Assembly: GCA_964016885.1 (NCBI GenBank)
Contig: OZ024743.1
Location: 292,454,001-292,518,000 of the forward strand
From: Eledone cirrhosa
Lineage: Eukaryota
Direction of reading: 5' to 3'
DNA length: 64,000 nt
The notes beneath the pieces were generated by a model that was not told where the DNA came from, searched no databases, and saw only the letters and a list, made by a program, of their open reading frames with translations. Positions 58,770 through 64,000 of this stretch are shown here, piece after piece. The position numbers were made by a program, and so were the translations under genes. Position 1 is the first letter of the stretch. Each line of letters opens with the position of its first letter.

Positions 58770-59455
58770 TTATATATACGTGTGTGTGCCTGAGGTTTAT
58801 ATTAATATTATACGAATTATTAATGTAAACATATATTTTACAGATTTGCACGAATTTTAGAAGTGGCAAGTTTCATCAATAGTCTTTAGCAACCAACGAG
58901 GATCAGCCCGATGGCCGTTTCCTGGTTTCTGAGATAAATATAAGCTATAAGCATATAATATCTATGCTTGTGAACATCGACTAATGAAGCTCATTTGCAT
59001 ACAGAGTTCAGCTACCGGCAAGTTCAGCTAACCCTACCTCCCACCGAATGCCATGATAGAATCATCTGTCTTTACAACAAATTTTTGACCAATCCCTTTT
59101 GACAATTACTATCTTCCTATATAAGGAATTACCCCCCGAGAAGTTCGGCTATTTATTAACCACGCTAAAAATTCTTATTTAGTCCAGAATTAGCTGTCGA
59201 AACGGCTTGAGCTCTGCCGTCGGGGTCATACTTGTTCCTATTACCCACTCTACTACCCTAAGTATTGAGTACTTTGGTGCGTTAAGGTCCATCTGGTTCC
59301 CTACCACATTTCCTTCGTTATATATATATATATATATATAATTTTATATATATATATGTATGTATATATGTATATATGTATATATATATATATATATATA
59401 TGTGTACATATATATGTACATATATATATATATATAAGTGTGTGTGTGTGTGTAA

Positions 59456-59514
<59 letters not shown>

Positions 59515-59925
59515 TAAAAACATAGATACATATATATATATGTATGGAACATACATACATATTTTTATACGTACATAAATACATACATACATGCAATATG
59601 TTTATAATCGTATATATAGACACTGTTTATGCAAATAAGCTAACGTTTTTTGGGATCAGAGGGATGACTCATATTTTGAGACATTGCTTTAATTACTTCT
59701 CTCTATGCAATAATATATATAAGTAAATACACAGATAAGTCAACAAAAGTGATGTGGTATACGACTTTCATGAATTTCTCGGTGTTTACCGAATCTTTAT
59801 CCACGCGTAAACAACTATTTCGAATATGTAAACAGGGTAAACATCGATTAATCGCAAAATAATCATAGATAATTGAAATTAACATTGAAATTAAATTTGT
59901 TGATGCAGTGTTTTAAATACACATG
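58212..59925 (+). repeat. Direct duplication of about 400 bp (58212-58615 and 59514-59925), each copy after (GA)n
   Basis: ataaaaacatagata..gggatcagagggatgactc..gcagtgttttaaata occurs twice, about 1.3 kb apart. Confidence 0.85.
59131..59226 (+). ncRNA. Degenerate hammerhead (family 8)
   Basis: acccc-CCGAGAA-gttcggcta..tagctgtc-GAAAC-ggc..gcc-GTC-ggggt. Confidence 0.5.
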
Positions 59926-59948
59926 CACGCACACACACACACACACAG

Positions 59949-61610
<1,662 letters not shown>

Positions 61611-61647
61611 TTGGCTAAAGGATGTTGTCACCAATTTGGTTGAGGTA

Positions 61648-64000
61648 TATAAGTACCAATTTAGCGGAGAAGTATTTAGAGAGTTGTAATGTTACCACGA
61701 GGAACCAGGTTTGGTAGAAAGATATGATAGGAATATCGACAACGACTTTAGCTTGTTTTTACATTCTTTATTAACCAAGGTTAAGAAGTGTATTAGGCTG
61801 GCTGGCCAAGAGAAATGAAACAAATCAATTAAGATTACAAGAGAAAGTACGGGCGACTGGCTGAAGGCGTTTGGCCAGGCTCGTAGGTAATGTTTTGTCG
61901 TTACATATTGTTTGTGCTTACGGAGCAAAAGAACAAGCGTGTTTACCTTAGCATGGCCCAGCTGCGAGTCATAGCGTCCTCAAATCTTTGCGGGATATTT
62001 CTCCCTCAGAACGCGTAGGGATACATCCTCTTCTACTGGCGCTGATTGGCTGAGCTGAGCCAAATCACGCACAGAGAATGTATGTGAGCCCGCGGAATGT
62101 AGGTCACTACATCACCTCCGAGCAGATTTTTAGGCGAAAATTGTTAACGATGAAGTCGAGAACCCAGATTATTGAATCAGCAAGAACAAATGCTGAAAGA
62201 GCACATCACTGAAAAAATAATTGAGCAGAAAGATGCATGCAAGAAAAAAAATGAGGCGCGACGGGCCGTGTTGAGCCGCTGTCAAATGACTAGCTGTTTT
62301 GTAGTTTATACGTGACCACCAAAGGTCTACCAGAAAACAGATAAAGTCTGACATGGGCGAAGTTGCTGTTCTTGCATTAAATGTTAATGGTAAGTGTTGT
62401 ACCAGTAGCTGTGGACGAAGCTATTATGGTAGTTTACCAGTGCTGGCAAGAAGATGATGGGTAGGCGAGAAAATGTTGGCCTCCCAGATGTATTGCCGAA
62501 TGTGCTAGGGAGCCAGCAAAAAATGGCTGGTTGCTATGATAAGAAAAAAAAAGCAAGTTGAATCTGTAGGTGGGTTGCAGTTCTATGTAATACAGCAAAG
62601 AAAATGTGTGCGTGCGGTCACATATATAATGATAGAGAGAAATGAATTTTCATATAATACAGTTTAAAAAAAATAAATGTCCAAAATAAATGCCTGAAAA
62701 AAAAGGAAGAAAGAAAGAATTGTTTCTTTTCCTTTAACAAAAAGTTCGCTTCTTTTTTCTTTGCGATCGCTCTTATTAGGAAGCTAGTAGAGTTGTTGTT
62801 GTTAAAGCAAAGTCACAATGAATATTCTGTAGAGTAGAAGTCGAGCGTTGAAGAAACCAGAGTCACCAAATATGGCAGCCACGTCTGACACCATAATGGT
62901 GAGAAAACTAATGTCTTAATTTCTCGAGTCCTTGTGGTAACGAGACAGAAGGTATGGTGGTTGCATCGGTAAAGTTACAAGCCGTTTCCTGGTGTTGGTT
63001 AATAGTTAGCCATGTGTTGCTGCTGATGGGTGGTATTTGGTGGTAGCCGTTTTGAAATTTCCTCGTGGCGTAAAGTTTTTGAAATACTGCTAATTTTTTT
63101 TCGGAAAATATTCTAAAGAAAATTTGAAAATATTCTAAAGAAAAAAAATTATTTTCCATGATGGCCGATCGAAAAATGTGTTCGTGATGAAGAAACCGTC
63201 ATGTGGCACGATGCAGCCAATCAGACGGCTGGGATTGGAGAAGACAAGCTGTACGCGGGAACACAAAATTTCTGAGTCTCCATTTGTAATTTCAACAGAA
63301 CGCCGAAAGCAAAATTCCACATAGAGAGAAATCGGTTTTTTTAATTTTTTTTTTTTTTTTCATCAAACTCTTTCTTTTCTGTTGTATTTTTGTGTTCGTC
63401 TGTATGCGTGAGTTACTATTAGTACCATGAAAGTTATGACAGAAATATTGTGCAGGCCGCGTGCTTCAACAAATGGAATATTATGAATGTTATGGACTTA
63501 CGCGAAGTGAGCCTAGCTACCTGATTTGAACATTCCAAATGTTAAGCCACTCCACATAGCCATTAAAACGAATGGCGAATTCAAATAGGCTGCGTTTTCA
63601 TACTTAATCGTCGAGGGGCGCCAATTAAGGAAAATAATGTTTCTCTTTGTTAAATATAAGTCGTCAATTTAGCGGAGAAGTATTTAGAGAGTTGTAATGT
63701 TACCACGAGGAACCAGGTTTGGTAGAAAGATATGATAGGATTATCGACAACGACTTTAGCTTGTTTTTACATTATTTATTAACCAAGGTTAAGAAGTGAA
63801 TTAGGCTGGCATGCCAAGAGAAATGAAACAAATCAATTAAGATTACAAGAGAAAATACGGGCGACTGGCTGAAGGCGTTTGGCCAGGCTCGTAGGTAATG
63901 TTTTGTCGTTACATATTGTTTGTGCTTACGGAGCAAAAGAACAAGCGTGTTTTACCTTAGCATGGTCCAGCTGCGAGTCATAGCGTCCTCAAATCTTTGC
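61648..64000. repeat. Direct repeat with about 2.0-kb period running off the window
   Basis: 61648-61990 recurs at 63654-64000 with few differences. Confidence 0.85.

Overview
AT-rich, microsatellite-saturated eukaryotic intergenic/intronic DNA with no recognisable host gene. The repeat content suggests an octopod cephalopod (inference). Nearly all short ORF calls are (TA)n/(CA)n artefacts. The window is dominated by Penelope-like retroelements (PLEs) and their non-coding derivatives. Reading both strands by eye gives about 29 type-I hammerhead ribozyme (HHR) motifs in about 11 unrelated sequence families, most with a tiny palindromic stem III; two families carry a compensatory U3:A8 core. 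The highlight is a very young retrozyme-like array of 483-bp non-coding units (10770-13419), one complete HHR per unit, arranged as 2 copies on the minus strand plus 4 on the plus strand and inserted in (TA)n. Two more HHR-bounded partial tandems have 529-bp and 591-bp periods. The array lies inside a nested 14.5-kb inverted PLE structure (665-15225). That structure also contains a near-intact two-ORF Neptune-like PLE (RT + GIY-YIG) with a T-TTT-TTA -1 frameshift heptamer in the ORF overlap. Other elements are a DD37D maT transposon, Tx1-like, RTE and R4/Dong-like LINE relics, and tRNA-derived SINEs. All structures were derived by hand; no folding or database search was run.
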